Shown in pieces: positions 1 to 14,514 of a DNA stretch of 64,000 bases. The position numbers were made by a program, and so were the translations under genes. The notes under the pieces were generated by a model. The model searched no databases. It was not told the DNA's origin and was given only the letters and a program-made list of their open reading frames with translations. The first letter of the stretch is position 1, and every line of letters starts with the position of its first letter. The stretch comes from Octopus bimaculoides (lineage: Eukaryota): positions 3,188,711 through 3,252,710 of the forward strand of contig NC_069000.1 in assembly GCF_001194135.2 (NCBI RefSeq), given 5' to 3'.

Positions 1-1792
1 ATATATAAATAATGGTGTAGGGAAATGAAAAAAAGCAAATGATTTTACAGCTGAATATATCAAAAACATTAGGTACAGATTTCTGACTAATTGTATTTCG
101 ATTTTTTTTTAGATTAGTTTATCTTATAGGATTTTAGACACTACTTCAGTCGTTGACAATAACGCTGGTGTGAAACGAAAGATTGGGAAACTTTAGATTC
201 ACTGAAACTTCTCCAACACATGCACACGCAAACACACTCACACAACCATATGTATAGACACACACATATATGTGTGCATATATGTATGTATTTATATACG
301 TACACAAACGCACATACGTGTATATGCATTCAGTAAGTTACGTTATCGTGTAGATTCCTCTATACAATAAATGTTTAGTTTATGTGTGATAACAATATAT
401 TCCTTCGTTTCTAGATATTTGCATTTTGTTTCCAGATTTACTTTCAGTCACGTACTCTATACTTCTCCGTGTTACATGCTTTCGCTTCCTCCCCTCCTCT
501 TCAGTTTCCTTCCTTTATCTCACTATAATATATGTGTGCGTGTGTGTGTGTGTGTGTGGGCGTGTGTGCATGTGTGAGAGAGAAAGTTAAGGTTTGTTTT
601 TATATATAATCAATTCTTTCCTTCAACCTCTCAGGCTTAAAATATTCTGGTTATCTCTTCCCAAAATGCGTCCCTTAATTCAATACTCTTTTATATCTTC
701 TATTTCCAGTCTTACACACCATACATTATACTTTTTTTTTCCACTTCTTTCAACTCAGTATATGCAATTTACCTTAACCCCTTATATAGCCTATAACTCC
801 CTACAAATGCAGCTAGGTTTTGTTTTCAAGACAAATGACATTGCAAGATCCCCATAACAATATTCTACAAGATTTGTCGCCTCTCAGAAGATGAAATATT
901 TATGTATGACCAAAATCTCGTTCTACAACAAAAAAAAAAAATCTACAGTTCAATCCACAGTCTGGTATATTCAGCACTTGAAGCAACAACATATAAATGT
1001 TCTCCGTAGACGAAAGCGATACAGCGTCGTACTCTCTGATGACGTTGCATTCCGGAAGCAGCTACATAGCGACGATGCGTAGCACTCTGGTTAGGGCATT
1101 TGGCTCAATGGTAAACACTTAGATTGACACAAAGCAACATCTTTTATACTGGTAAACAATACTCATTTAAATCTGCCGAATCATTTTAATTAATGGATTT
1201 CTTGCATTTGCTATTGAAGTATGTAAACACAACACGGTGCCCTCCAATAGGGTTTGGAATAAGAACGCAAAATAGATTAACAAACACTGCAAGCTATTCC
1301 GTCCATTATTCGCACAATTCTTTCCTACCATCATATCTCTAAGTTAGAATTAATTCTGAAGCATCAGATATTGGATAATTGCATTTATAAATAAAAGTGG
1401 AAACGATCACCATTGAAATAAAACTGAACTGCCATAAGAATACTTGTGTGCATATTTCTACAATATGCCACACCGATGATTCAGCTAGCAACTTATAGAT
1501 ACATTTCCATTGTAGAATATAGCATTGAAGCAAAACACTCAATATATCAGTCATTTATTGAAAACTTAGCTTCCAGGAATGCCATATATACAAAACTTCT
1601 TTGATACAGATTTGCTGAAAATTTTAGTAATAATGTGCTAATATATTTATTATATTCGTGAACAGATGAAGAGAGAACACAGTTGCTGATGAAATTCCAA
1701 CACAAAAATTGTCACGATTTTCGTTGTTCTTTCGTTTCCTGTTCAAGAAAGATATTACAGTCAAGGATTTTACCCCTATCTCTTTCTATATT

Positions 1793-1882
<90 letters not shown>

Positions 1883-2769
1883 GATACATTACGTATATAG
1901 ATATGCATATGATTTACACACCTGTACATGCATACTGTATTTATCAAGTATATATATATCTTACATCACGTGCATGTGTAACTACTTCCAGAATTCGCAC
2001 ACATATGTCATTTTCTCAACGAAATAGAAGCAATGCCCAAGATATTTGCAGGTTCAAGTAAATTGATGAAATCGATATGGCAAATGTCTAAATTTAGGCA
2101 TATTACAGACACTAATCGATAACCATTAACGATCAGAAAAACTGTTAAGAAACGCTGATATTGTTATAGTCTTGCAGTCCTAATTTCTCTTAGAGAGAAA
2201 AGAAACATGTGTAACGTAAGTTTGGCTTACGTAAAATTTCGATTTCTTGGTTGAAAGCAGTGAAGCCTTGTTAATGTTCTTACTTTCCTGATATAAGAGA
2301 ACACCCTATGTCAGGCATTTTGCTAATGCGTTCGCCTTCTGTCAAGGTTAGAAGAAAACATGAAAATATCTATCAAGAGAGAACGTGGGGAACTGTCTTA
2401 ATGCTAGGAGAGGATTGGAAACAGGAAATATTATTGTTACAATTCATGATTATGTAAGTTACATAACATATTTAATAAGGTTTCTTTTTTTATGTTTTTT
2501 TTTTTTTTGCTTTTCTCCTGTCTCGTTTTACTTACTTGACTTCAATTACGTCAGTTTCAAATCTTGACGCTAGCCTTAATTTACCCAAATGAGTCCACTA
2601 ACTTTCTGCCGTATTTATCCGTGTGACAGTCACAATAATTGATACTTAACTTTAACTGAAACATTTCGGGTGCGATTTATACAAGAATACATGGTAATTG
2701 AGTTTAAGTTGCGTAGGATTTTAGTTTCATATATCATTTCTGAAATATAGTGCAAAATAGAGGTTAGAA

Positions 2770-3175
2770 GCGATGAAATTGCGGATGCAAAAGAATACGT
2801 CTGCCTAAGGCACACAGTAAATATGCTCCCTTCCGTCCTGCCCTTATTCGCGAAGAATAAGGTCTGAATGCGAAGCTTTTCACTCAATAAAAGATGTGCT
2901 CAAAACAACGCTAGACTGTATTATACATGCCAGACTCTTTAACAAAAAACGTTCTAGCTGCGCTCTTATATGCAAGTGAGATATGAGCTACTGCGAAGAG
3001 GGTAAAACCATCGAATGACTACAACGCAAGGGACCCTGGAAAGATCCATGCTAGGAATATCGTTACGAGGGTATATTTGAAACGAGATGATTCGAGAACA
3101 GAGTGGAGTGAACGATCTGATCGCAGACTATTTAAAGCACATTTTCCACTGGGTCGGACATGTCACCAGGGTTGA
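2770..3175 (+). mobile_element. Decayed RTE-clade LINE ORF2 C-terminal fragment (stops and frameshifts)
   Basis: Manual translation across frames gives DEIADAKEYVCLRHTVNM / RRIRSECEAFHSIKDVLKTTLD / NVLAALLYASEI*ATAKR / TQGTLERSMLGISLRGYI*NEMIREQSGVNDLIADYLKHIFHWVGHVTR. This matches the post-RT RTE pattern (EYVYLG..; VLPxLLYxxExW; MERSMLGISL; W.GHV.R). Confidence 0.85.
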
Positions 3176-3988
3176 GAGGATCGCGACTCTACCTTGCGGC
3201 TTGGAGCTGAGTCGTGACATAGACATAAATAAATCAGAAAGTAGTAGTAGTACTACTAATAATAATAATAACAATAATATTAATAAACAGCATGCTTATT
3301 GACAACAGCTGACGCATTACTAAGAGCACTAGAATAGTAGCGTGACTAATATGAATGTAAAAGTGAACAAGAAAGTTACTTGATATCTAAAGCTAGCAGT
3401 TGTAGTCAGCTATTGGAGAGAAGAGTGACCAGGTTATATGAACCATCCTAAGAAGAAAAAAAACAACAATAATAATATTAATCACATTTGTGATAGTGAA
3501 ACCCTTTCATTGTCATCATGACCTGACAATAACTTAAGCTTAAACTTAGACAGCTGGAGACGCAAATATCTCAGTTGTTTCCCCATGGCTGTAAACGTTA
3601 CTGTGTTTTGCCATCAATTGGAAGTAGTAAATTTCGGTCTGATTTATATCTCCTTTGTATTGAAAACGTTGAAAATAAATCAATAAGACCAACTTTTACT
3701 TTTACTGTCGAAACTTGGCAATGCTTTTAAAGCCTTGCAGATAGAATTGTCAAACACTTCCCGCCGCCGCCACGACCACCATCAACAACAATAACAACAA
3801 ACTCTCGAATCAGATGCAGCTATTACACATACATATGCACTTCAAGACAAAGAAAAGAAGAAGAAAAAACAAAGGAAATTATTACAGTTCAGAGATTTAA
3901 ACACACGACGTGTTGCATGAGCTAAGAATTAATCGCTGCTTTGACAAGATATATATATATATATATGTATATATATGTATATATATAT

Positions 3989-4070
3989 NNNNNNNNNNNN
4001 NNNNNNNNNNNNNNNNNNNNNNNNNNNNNNNNNNNNNNNNNNNNNNNNNNNNNNNNNNNNNNNNNNNNNN
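3989..4070. other. Assembly gap (82 N)
   Basis: N-run between (TA)/(TATG) tracts. Confidence 1.
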
Positions 4071-4175
4071 TATGTGTGTATGTATATATATATATATATA
4101 GATGGATAGATGTATGCGTACACACCTATATTGACACTGACGAGGATACACAAAAAACGCGCACATATATACACC

Positions 4176-4256
<81 letters not shown>

Positions 4257-4533
4257 CTGAGAATACGGGGAAGACAGAAAAAGAGTATATCTACTCTCTT
4301 TGATTGAAACGATAAACGTTTCCTTCTGTGATGTTGTCCATTTTATTTTGGCAATAGAAACGAATTTGTTTTACCCTCGGTGGGACCAAAACAAGACATT
4401 TATTTATTTGTTTACTCATATATAGGTATTTATTCGGCTACTATTTTGCCGAAGTCTTTTGGCCGCAAAGTTATGTATCTTATTAATTTCTTTATTTCTT
4501 GGTATGTAGTTCAAGGAGAGAAAAGATTAGATG

Positions 4534-4754
4534 TACGGGAGAGTGCTGAAAAGTTCCTGATTCCAGGTAAAAGAAAAAACAGGAGAATCGGTCAATTATG
4601 ATTTTTTGCAACATATTCCCCTCTTAGTTTAATACACTTATTGCAGCGTTCCTTCAGTTTTTCTAAGCCCTGTAAAAGAACTCGACAGTTTGGGGCGCCA
4701 ATCAAGCCTTTAAGAATGCCCTTCAGACCAGGACCTATTCGGCACACCCTAGTA
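4534..4754 (-). mobile_element. Mariner-derived MITE (~220 bp), copy 1
   Basis: Imperfect TIRs TA-CGGGAGAGTGCTGAAAAGTTCCTG ... CCAGGACCTATTCGGCACACCCTAG-TA with TA at both ends. The minus strand retains a mariner-type transposase C-terminus (LLQGLEKLKERCNKCIKLRGEYV). Confidence 0.8.
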
Positions 4755-5162
4755 TATACAGGTATAACAGCAACTGTCCGGATTTTCGGACTCTAAGGAC
4801 CTTGAACCTCTTTGAATCTGCACAATCCGAAGAGAGGGAGTGCGTTAGAATATAAAAGATGTGGGTTAGATCCGAGTTCTGTTGCGTCAAATTTGGTTAA
4901 AAACGGAAGCGACAAGTTATAATTCCACACACAAAGCAGGGTATTACATAATCTGCAGTTTCTCTCACGTTAATTTGGAGACTAATTGCATCCCTCGGAA
5001 AAAAAATATTAAGTAATATTGCTGATAATTATTTATGACTTAAAAGGATTTTGTGATTCTTAGCATCCGGTTGAAAGTTAATAAACTCTTATTACTCTCA
5101 AATGCTTGCGGTGGAATATTAATACGTAAAGTTATGTCTCTACAAATATATGTCTTTTATCG

Positions 5163-5320
5163 TTTACTTATTTACTGAGGCCATGCTGGTGCATCTTGAA
5201 GAAATTTTAACCGAATGAATCGACCCCAGGAATCATTTTATGGTTCTTCTACTGTTTTATCGTACTTATTCTATCATTCTCTTTTGCCGGTCCGCTATGT
5301 TAAGGGGAAGTAAACACACG
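5163..5320 (-). mobile_element. SINE family 2 (tRNA head-microsatellite-tail composite), 3' half
   Basis: GGCCATGCTGG..ATCGACCCCAGG..GTACTTATTCTATC..CTCTTTTGCCG..GTAAACACAC is shared with the copies at 11.9, 17.8, 40.9, 44.4, 45.3 and 55.3 kb. Confidence 0.75.
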
Positions 5321-5348
5321 CACTTATACACACACACACACACACACA

Positions 5349-5572
5349 TAATGGGGGGGGGGAGTTCCTGGCTTTAAGGGTGTCACGAAAGGCCTGGCTG
5401 GGGTACCGACATTTCGTGTTCTTTTACTGGGCTTAGAAAGTCTGAAAGACTCCTGGAATACGTGTGAATTTGAGAAGGGGATATGTTGAATAAGATCATA
5501 ACTGATCCTCCTTATCCCCCTGCATTTGCTTTTACCCCCAAACCAGGAACATTTCAGCCCCTACTCCATGTA
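5349..5572 (+). mobile_element. Mariner-derived MITE, copy 2 (inverted relative to copy 1)
   Basis: AGTTCCTGGCTTT ... AAACCAGGAACATTTCAGCCCC termini. The interior TCTTTTACTGGGCTTAGAAAG..GAGAAGGGGATATGTTGAATAA aligns with the reverse complement of 4534-4754. Confidence 0.75.
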
Positions 5573-6282
5573 TGTGTGTGTGTGTGTGAATTGCTATAAA
5601 TGTTCTCATCCAAGATGGAGACGAATACCAATGTTCCGTGTGATATCTTTCAGCATGAGACCAATGGTAACCTACTTAATACACAAAGAAAGAATATTTA
5701 TCCACCTATGAAGTGTTGAGCAGACACTCTAACTGTTCGATATTAGCGCGTGAATAAATTTATTTGTGTGTGTGTGTTTTGAGATTACAAGCTGCAAACG
5801 AAAACATACCAATAACAGCCGTACTGCTGTCACCGTCGTGATTGTCCGATTCAGTGCAACAAGTTATTTCCGTGCGATGTCAAGAACTTCAATTAAAATA
5901 GAAATCATCCGATTTTCTTCCTGGTATTTTATTCTCGAGAGCTTTACCAAAATTACCATAACAGTATAATAATTATCGTATACGTAAACAATTTCATATG
6001 AATTTCTCATTACAAGAAGACCGAACACAATAATAATTTTGCCGATTTTGTTTCTGTTTTTATTTATTTATTTTTTTAATTATCAATTTTAAGTACGGAA
6101 GTAAGCATTGATATAAAACTTTAATTTCCTGTTCCCCAATGATATTCAGCTGTTAGCTGACGTATTTCTGTCAGTTATCAAAAATCTTTTTCTTTCTTTT
6201 TTTTTCTTATACATTATTCAGAAATATTGTAATTTAGTTCGTGTATTATTATTATTATCATTATTATTATTATTGTTGTTAA

Positions 6283-6472
6283 GGCGGCGAGCTGACAGAA
6301 CCGTTAGCACGCTGGACGGAATGATTAGTGGTATTCTGTCCATCGCTACCTTCTGAGTTCAAATACCGCCGAGGTCGGCTTAGCCTTTCATGGTCGATAA
6401 AATAAGTACCAGTTAATACTGGGTCGATGTAATCTCTACCTCCTCAAGCTGCTCTAGTGTCAAAAATTTGAA
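6283..6472 (+). mobile_element. SINE family 1 (GGCGGCGAGCTGGCAGAA head)
   Basis: A-box-like head, B-box-like GAGTTCAAAT, core GAGGTCG..GTCGATAAAATAAGTACCAG..GGGTCGATGTAATC, (AAT)n tail; more than 10 copies in the window. Confidence 0.85.
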
Positions 6473-7929
6473 ATAATAATAATAATTATTATTTCAATGC
6501 ATGATGTTGATTTCGACTGAATCATGAAGCGAGTCTCTACGACAACATTGAAATAGCTACTAAAAGCCCCTCAAACAAACTGAGCAGCCATGTTTATGTT
6601 GCCCCAAATTCACAGATGTACTTCTTTCAACGACCTTGAAAGGATAAAATGTAGTCAACAACAAAGGAAATTTAACTCAAAACGCAAAGAAAGGCAAAAT
6701 TCCGCTGAGCTAGTTTCTGATTTTGCCGGCCCACTGCCTTAGAAGCGCTAAATAAATGTTGTATTAAGTCTGGTTTTAGACGTACCTAACTATATAGTAA
6801 ATGGATATAATTAAAATAGTTCAACAGAAAATACATATAATTGTGCACAATTTGTTTTCTTTTAGGCGTATCGTAATTATGTCAGTGATTTACCCGTTGT
6901 CGTTAACGAAGCGCTGTGTTAATGGCTGAGTATTCCAGAGTTGCATGTACGCAAAGTATAATTGTCCAATCAAAAGTATCATTAAAATAACGTTAGAATG
7001 TGTGTATCGTTAAATTACATAAACTTTTCAGAGAAGAATAGACAGACAGATATATGTGTAAGTACAGTGATATATATTTACACATACGGAGAGGTTTACA
7101 GTTACAGTACCTACTTCAAGAAGTGCCATGTGTCAAAGAATAAAAAAATAAAAAAAAAACTCTCACTCTGCTGAAATTATTAAAGTTATAACAGTATAAT
7201 GTGGCACGCCATCAGGAAGTTATGTCTGTATACTATGGTATGTATATCTTAAATAAGTTGACATTGTACCAGCGAGTACATATTTTACCAACCCAGATCA
7301 TAACTTGTCTCTCAGCTTCTGAGACATTTTTCTCTTTAAGCTACAAATGATTGGTTGTTGAACCATACCAATGATGACTGGAATCTAAAGAAAAATCTCA
7401 TTTGCAGATTTGCTCATATTTCTATCGTATATTTGCCGCCGTTTCTGTGTTCGCTCTTCCGCTACTCTCCTCACATTTCTTTATGTGTTGTATATTATTA
7501 TTATTATTACTGTTGTTTTTCTTGCTTTTTTTAAAAACATTTTCATTCTTTTCCTTGCTTTCGTTCATTGTTATACCATACACAACAGACAGCTGCTGGA
7601 AGCATGAAACAGGACACTTAATTGCAGCGACAGACCGTCGGCTTTAAGTAACGTTGGCTGTTATATTGCAAAGCGATATCTCAGTCATCTACTCGCAAAA
7701 GCATTTACATACACATGATTAAATGTGCACACATAAATACACACATACACACGCGTGATCACATGCATATTGTATACGTCAGTGTATACGCATTCTAAAC
7801 GTTTCAGTAGAATGAGTATTAGTAACAGCCAGGACAGAATCTGTCTTAATGTTTTTATTTAATTTCATTTACAGAGCCCCAGTATGGCTGCAGTCCAGTG
7901 TCGAAATGCATGATCAAAAATGTTCGTTT

Positions 7930-8125
7930 AATTTTGGCAAATGTCTGGTGAGGGGGCCATTCGATTATATCGACTCTAGTGAGTGAACAACATTAATTTT
8001 GTCGACCGTCAGAAGTTGAAAAACAAGGTTGACGACGGTGGAATTTGAACTCATTAAGTGAAGGGCCGGAAGAAATGCCGCAAAATATTTTGTCGGGATT
8101 GTGAACAATTCTGCCAACTCACTGC
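7930..8125 (-). mobile_element. SINE family 1
   Basis: Reverse complement of the family 1 head and core (GAATTTGAACTC, AATTCTGCCAACTC). Confidence 0.8.
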
Positions 8126-8167
8126 ATGATTTCAATATAAAGTAACCAATTAATGAATTGTAACATG

Positions 8168-8365
8168 CCTCTATTATCGACGTAGGGCCTGAAATCTTAG
8201 GAGAAGGGGTTAGTCATTCCTCAGAGCTTGACCGATACGTATTTTATCGACCCCAAAATGATGAAATTCGAAATCGATCCCCGGCGGAATTTGAACTCAG
8301 AACATAAGAAGGGACGAAATGCCACTAGGTTTTTTGCCAGGCATGCTAACAATTCTGCCTGCTCG
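8168..8365 (-). mobile_element. SINE family 1
   Basis: TTTTATCGACCCC..GGCGGAATTTGAACTCAGAAC..GCTAACAATTCTGCC. Confidence 0.85.
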
Positions 8366-8938
8366 ATATTTAACCTATTTCCGCCCATGAGCCCCATTTA
8401 GGGATCTGCTAAAAACAGTCTTACTGCCGGTTGTATTTAAAGTGAATTTCTTATATGCATTGCATTTGCAGAGGTGAGTTTAATAATATTTAGTAAGTTA
8501 ACGTTTGCCTTTATTTGCTCTGGCTAATTCTAAAGGACATTTTATGTCATAAAGCGCTATTTTTGAACTGCAAAAATATTGACTGTTTTGAAAACGTCTT
8601 TCGTTTTCTTTTTTGTTTTGTATTTCCCATCTATATCATTCATTGATATTTCATACTTATTCGCATTTGATACTATAGTTCCAAAAAGACTGAAATGTTT
8701 ATTATTGAACTTGGACAGAAATGGATAAATATGTAGTTCTTCAGCCTTCCCCATTTGGGACTTTTCGAAAAATTTACCATAATTTCCAAAATAATTCAGA
8801 GATGAAGAAGATTTAAATACTATATATTATTTTAACTCCTAAGACACATGGTAAAGCTCCCAAAATATGAATAAAAACCCACACGTTTTAGAGTTTCATT
8901 AAAGCGTGTGTTTTTACGGACTAACATAATGTATGTGC

Positions 8939-9013
<75 letters not shown>

Positions 9014-9740
9014 CATGAAACACATATCTTCAAAGTATTCCGTGTGTGTATGGTGTATATGAACGCACAGGAATAGTTAAACTATATCATTTTTTAAACT
9101 TTAATCTTCACATTGTGTTCATTATCATGGACTGTTTAATTTGGTTTTAATATTTGACTAAATAAATAGCAATTATATAAATATTAATAGAACCACACAC
9201 ACGCGCACACACAAATTCTAACACATATCTACTATCAGATACACATACACATACACATACACACAACTCATCGTGTTGATAATAGTCCATTTAATGATTT
9301 GGGCATAAAATGCTAATCTCTAATGCATGAAATTAAAAATCCATTTGCCTTTGGAGTATGTTCACATTTTCATTCTCCCCCTCTCTTTATCTAACTCCTT
9401 CTCTCTCAGTCCATCTGTTATAATTTTGTCTATTTCTTTTTCCCTCTCTATCGCAGCTTCTCTCTTCATCTCCATATCACACAGACATACAAATGTACCT
9501 TTTCTCTTTTCTTACTTCCTTATATCCCACATTAGTCCATTGAACTTTTTGCTGGTTTTTCCCTTCTTCTTTGTCTTTTGTTTTTTTATTTTTGTGTGAG
9601 TGTGTCTCTTCCAACCAATCCTCCTGTCACATGTTGACGTTATCAAGCAACGAATACAAGAGTTGTTCCGTAGAAAAAATAGGAAATAACATTTTAATTG
9701 GAAATCAAATAGAGATAAACCTTTTGAAATAGATCAAACT

Positions 9741-9781
<41 letters not shown>

Positions 9782-9980
9782 TGTGTTTCCTATTTTAAAT
9801 ATGATTGCTGCGGCGATAAACTATCGCTCGGTTTGATTAGTGATGCTCGGCGAAACGCTGGATTAAGCTGGCTAATGACATCATTCCACGAGTTGATGGT
9901 TTATTTTACATTACCATTAACAATTATGTATGTACATATATGTGTCTATACATATGCATACACATGCACACAAAAGTACA

Positions 9981-10041
<61 letters not shown>

Positions 10042-10333
10042 ACATGCATATGTATACTCACATCTATCCATATATACATATTACCGTATGTACGTATATA
10101 CATGTTAAACATATCAACAGAGGCTGAAAAACACTTCAAATTGTATTCGTTGTCTAAACTGCAAATGTCAATATTTTCAGGAAGCACGCCGTGAATACAT
10201 GCATGGCCACCCACGCTTCCATTCCATGCATACAGATACATCAGTTGAAATTACACACGCAAACTCACCCGCTCACACACACACATATATATATATGTGT
10301 GTGTGTATATATATGTGTATGTATATATATGTG

Positions 10334-10382
<49 letters not shown>

Positions 10383-11000
10383 TCATATATGCATATATGT
10401 GTTTGCTTGTACGCGAATATGTACATGTATATAATTGTATGCATTAGCCACACATGCAGATTTAAGTTATTAGAGAAATTCTCTTATTTAAAGTTTAAAT
10501 AAACGAAAAACTAGTCAAATACGAAATAGAACTACATTCCACTCCGCTTCATACCGTTCCACCCTCCTCTCTTCTCCACGCTGTAGAAATTATGGCTAGC
10601 TTTGCTCATAAACCTGGAATAGCATTATAATTACAGCCTTTGAATATATTTGTTAATGTTTCCGAAAGATCTGCATGGCAACTGTTAGCTGGCATTTTAT
10701 CTGAAGTGATCTCTTGAAAGCGTAATTCAAATTAATGTCAGAGCTTAGCCTTTTCGAAGCGGGCATTCTCTGCGTATCGCTTCATGGACATTGCATTGAA
10801 ATTGTCATGTAACAAGGAATATACATTTGATCTGTTAACCATTCATTCATTCATACTGTTATTCACTCACTCATATCATTCATTCTTTCATTCATTTCGA
10901 TCGATGTAATCGATAAAACAACTGAGATGCGAGAATGATGAATTTCCCAGAAAAATTGATAACGTCTGGTGACTATCGGGGTATTTATTTGGCAGATATC

Positions 11001-11021
11001 TACAGCAGCAGCAGTAATAGC

Positions 11022-11068
<47 letters not shown>

Positions 11069-11103
11069 GAGGAGGAGGAGCAGCAGCAGCAGCAGCAGCA
11101 GCA
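11001..11103 (+). repeat. Compound trinucleotide repeat (AGC)/(AGT)n/(AGG)/(AGC)
   Basis: Read directly; explains the poly-Ser ORF 10935-11168. Confidence 0.95.
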
Positions 11104-11488
11104 GGAAGAAGAGGGGGCTATTTATAAATCTCGAAGAAAAGCTTTCACTAGAATTATTCCTAAACTGACTTTACAGATTTGTTGCTGTGGCTTTTATTTT
11201 TGCCGTCGCTGTTTATTATGTCTGAACCTCCATGTCGTCTGCGACCAAGCACACACACGATCAAAGTTAATTCCGCAGTAAACTTGCTTGTTTATTTGGA
11301 GTAATTTTATGTTTGTCTTCAGCCGTTGATCTTTCAATACGGGGGCTTCCAAATGCAATTTTTAGCTGGCCTAGTGATTGTGAAGTGACCACATAAAACT
11401 GATTTAATTCAACAGAGGAGCTGCATTCAGGAAAATTGCATAGGAACTGATATGAATTTATGGACTACAGACAAACACACACGCACCA

Positions 11489-11537
<49 letters not shown>

Positions 11538-11685
11538 TATGTATGAAATTTACGTCAACTGGAAATGAGATTGAGAATAAGAATACTTTGTCAGCTCATT
11601 TGTAAGCTGTATGCTGGGAGAGTAAACGTATACATTGAATTTCTGATGATTGGGGCATTATTATATGTTTCCCCTCTCTGCCTTT

Positions 11686-11725
<40 letters not shown>

Positions 11726-11742
11726 TGTGGGTGCGGGTGTGT

Positions 11743-11820
<78 letters not shown>

Positions 11821-11877
11821 ATATGTATGTATATGTTTTTTATAGAAAACTTTTTCGACCATTTAATTGCAGTCATG

Positions 11878-12045
11878 CTTGTGCGCCGCCTTTAGGATTT
11901 TTGTCAAACAAATAACCCCTACGACTTATTAATTTGTTTAAGCCTAGCACTTATTCATTCGGTTGACGAACCGTTAAGTTACGAGGACATAAACATACCA
12001 CCAACGGTTGTCAAGTGGTGATGATAGAGAAACACAGACACACAC
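11878..12045 (-). mobile_element. SINE family 2, 3' half
   Basis: AAGCCTAGCACTTATTC..GAACCGTTAAGTTACGAGGACATAAAC..CGGTTGTCAAG. Confidence 0.75.
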
Positions 12046-13430
12046 AGATTTTATTTATATATATATATATACATATATATGAAAATGTATTCTGTCCTAT
12101 GATTCGAATTATAAAATAGAGAAAAATAAGTTGAATGTGCAGTTGGAGACTTCATAAATATTTTTCCCGAGGGAGAGAAAGATGAGGAGAAGGGAAAAGG
12201 AAATCTCGAACAGAGAAATGCTTTGAAAACAGCTTAGGGAAAATACCCCTATAAGATGGAAACGAATGACCTGTCAGCCACTACAAAGAATCGAACCCTA
12301 CGTATATATGTATATCTACGTATATGCAGACAGGAAGGCTGGGAATTATTTTAACACGTCCTTCCTTTCTAGGAAACATGTAATATAACAAATATTGCTA
12401 TCGGAAACGTTGGCAGTTGTGACGTCATGAGATAGATTCCGATAAACGATAAGATCTAATAATAACTAATATTTGTTATTTTAGAGATACCATTGCTGTG
12501 CATCAAAATGTCAAGTACAGCAATGTTTGGCCTTTTAATACTAGAGACCAATGTGACATAATCTGTTATTCTCCAATCCTATTATACAATTGTTACCATA
12601 CCCAACACTACAATTATATTACATAATGTGATATAAGTCCCTTTAAAGAAATATTTCTAAATCTAAATTTTAATTTGCAACCATTTATATAAATTTGCCA
12701 TTTTTCAGACTATTAAATCGTGTTAAATCTTCTAAAGGCTAAATAATGCAGAATGAGTTCATAACACTATCTCATAGATTCAAATGAAAAAAAAAAAAAG
12801 AATAAGAAATTTTACCTACAAATATTGTGGAAGAGAGGGTGAAGTAACTAATTTTGTTTCCCAATCGAACGATTTACTAATTAGAATAATTAAACCCATT
12901 ATGGTATTCAATTAACTTAACTGCATTTGCAATCAATTCTCGGCTTTGCTCAGCTAAAGGTTATCGAAATAGAAATATCTTTATGGAAACAACAAGAATT
13001 AATATTACATCAACTTAGCAAATGCTGTTGCTAAGATAAATTTAATTAACGGACAGGCAAGGCTGATACGCTGGGGTTACTATCTTCTTGTTATCTTCGA
13101 TGGATTGTGATTCGATGTGAAAATGCTATTGTTTGACGCAGAATGGTTTGGTTTTGTATTAATTTATTTTCATTTATTTCCCCATTGTGTAGTCTTGAAT
13201 ATAGTCTTCGTTAACTATATTATTCCAGTTATATAGTTTGATAGATTTAACGGAACTTCTTTAGCTTTTCCTTGTTATTTTAACACACATCTGAATATTT
13301 ACACACACACACACACATACACACACACAGACACACACACATACACCCCCCCCCCCGCATGTGCATATGCAAACATATACATATTCATATACAAATGTCA
13401 TTTATTCACTCATATGCATATATACACAAG

Positions 13431-13461
<31 letters not shown>

Positions 13462-13577
13462 ATGTATGTATATAATATATATATAGGTGCATATAATTTA
13501 TATATGTATATATTCGTATTATATATATATATAAATTTGTAGGTATATATATATATATGTACGTGCGTTTGTATATT

Positions 13578-13623
<46 letters not shown>

Positions 13624-14514
13624 CGTGTATGTGTGTCTGTGTGTGTGTGTCTGTGTGTGTGTCTGTGTGTGTGTCTGTATGTGTGTGCATATACACTTAT
13701 ATATACACTCATACATACATGTATATACATATACAGCACCAAAACATACATAGAGTCTGAAATACGTATACGTAGAATATCGATTTTCCTTTTTTTTTTA
13801 TGAAGATAAAGAACCTCGTAATACCTAACATAATTTCGTGTCAACAGCTATTAAGTTTAAAGTAGTTCTGGTTTTTTGATAATTTCTATTGTCTCTGTTC
13901 TCTATGTACAGAAATATTCTCTATGGATAATAAGCCTCTAACATATTTAATGCAACAAACAATAGAACGTTAACTATAAGTAATTATACGGTAATAATAA
14001 AAATATGGCAAGACAGAACACTAATCAATGCCTTAACAACTGTAATTAAGCTCATATTCCTTGTATTATTAGAAAAGAAACGTGTTATATATATTTATGT
14101 ATTCATATATATGTATTTCTTGGGCGTGAATGGCGTACTCTTGTCTACTTTCGTTTTGTCTCCACTTGTATTAAATTTTCTAGTATCTGTGTTCATTTTC
14201 TATCGCTTCTGCGGATAGAAAATGTAGCTTTAACAGATTTACTGTAAGGAATAATTAAATACACACTGCTAATAATTCAGAAGAGAGGAAAAATAGTTAA
14301 TGAGTAGTATCATTTTATACACTTCAGACAAATATGGATATGTTCCAATGTTATTTGACATCATAAATCAAGTAAGGTAAAGACTTTATAGTACATGTCA
14401 TTCTATATTTCTACTTGAGAATATACGACCATACTTTATCAATGTGTGAAAATATTAAGTGGACGTTATGACGGCTATACCTATATCATGCGCATTTAAA
14501 TAATACTAGTTTAG

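Noticed and set aside
1030-1075. Hammerhead-like CTGATGA-CG..CG-GAAG-CAGCTA-CA
   Set aside because: It differs from consensus at A15.1, G16.2 and U16.1 and has no contiguous stem I. At best a very old relic.
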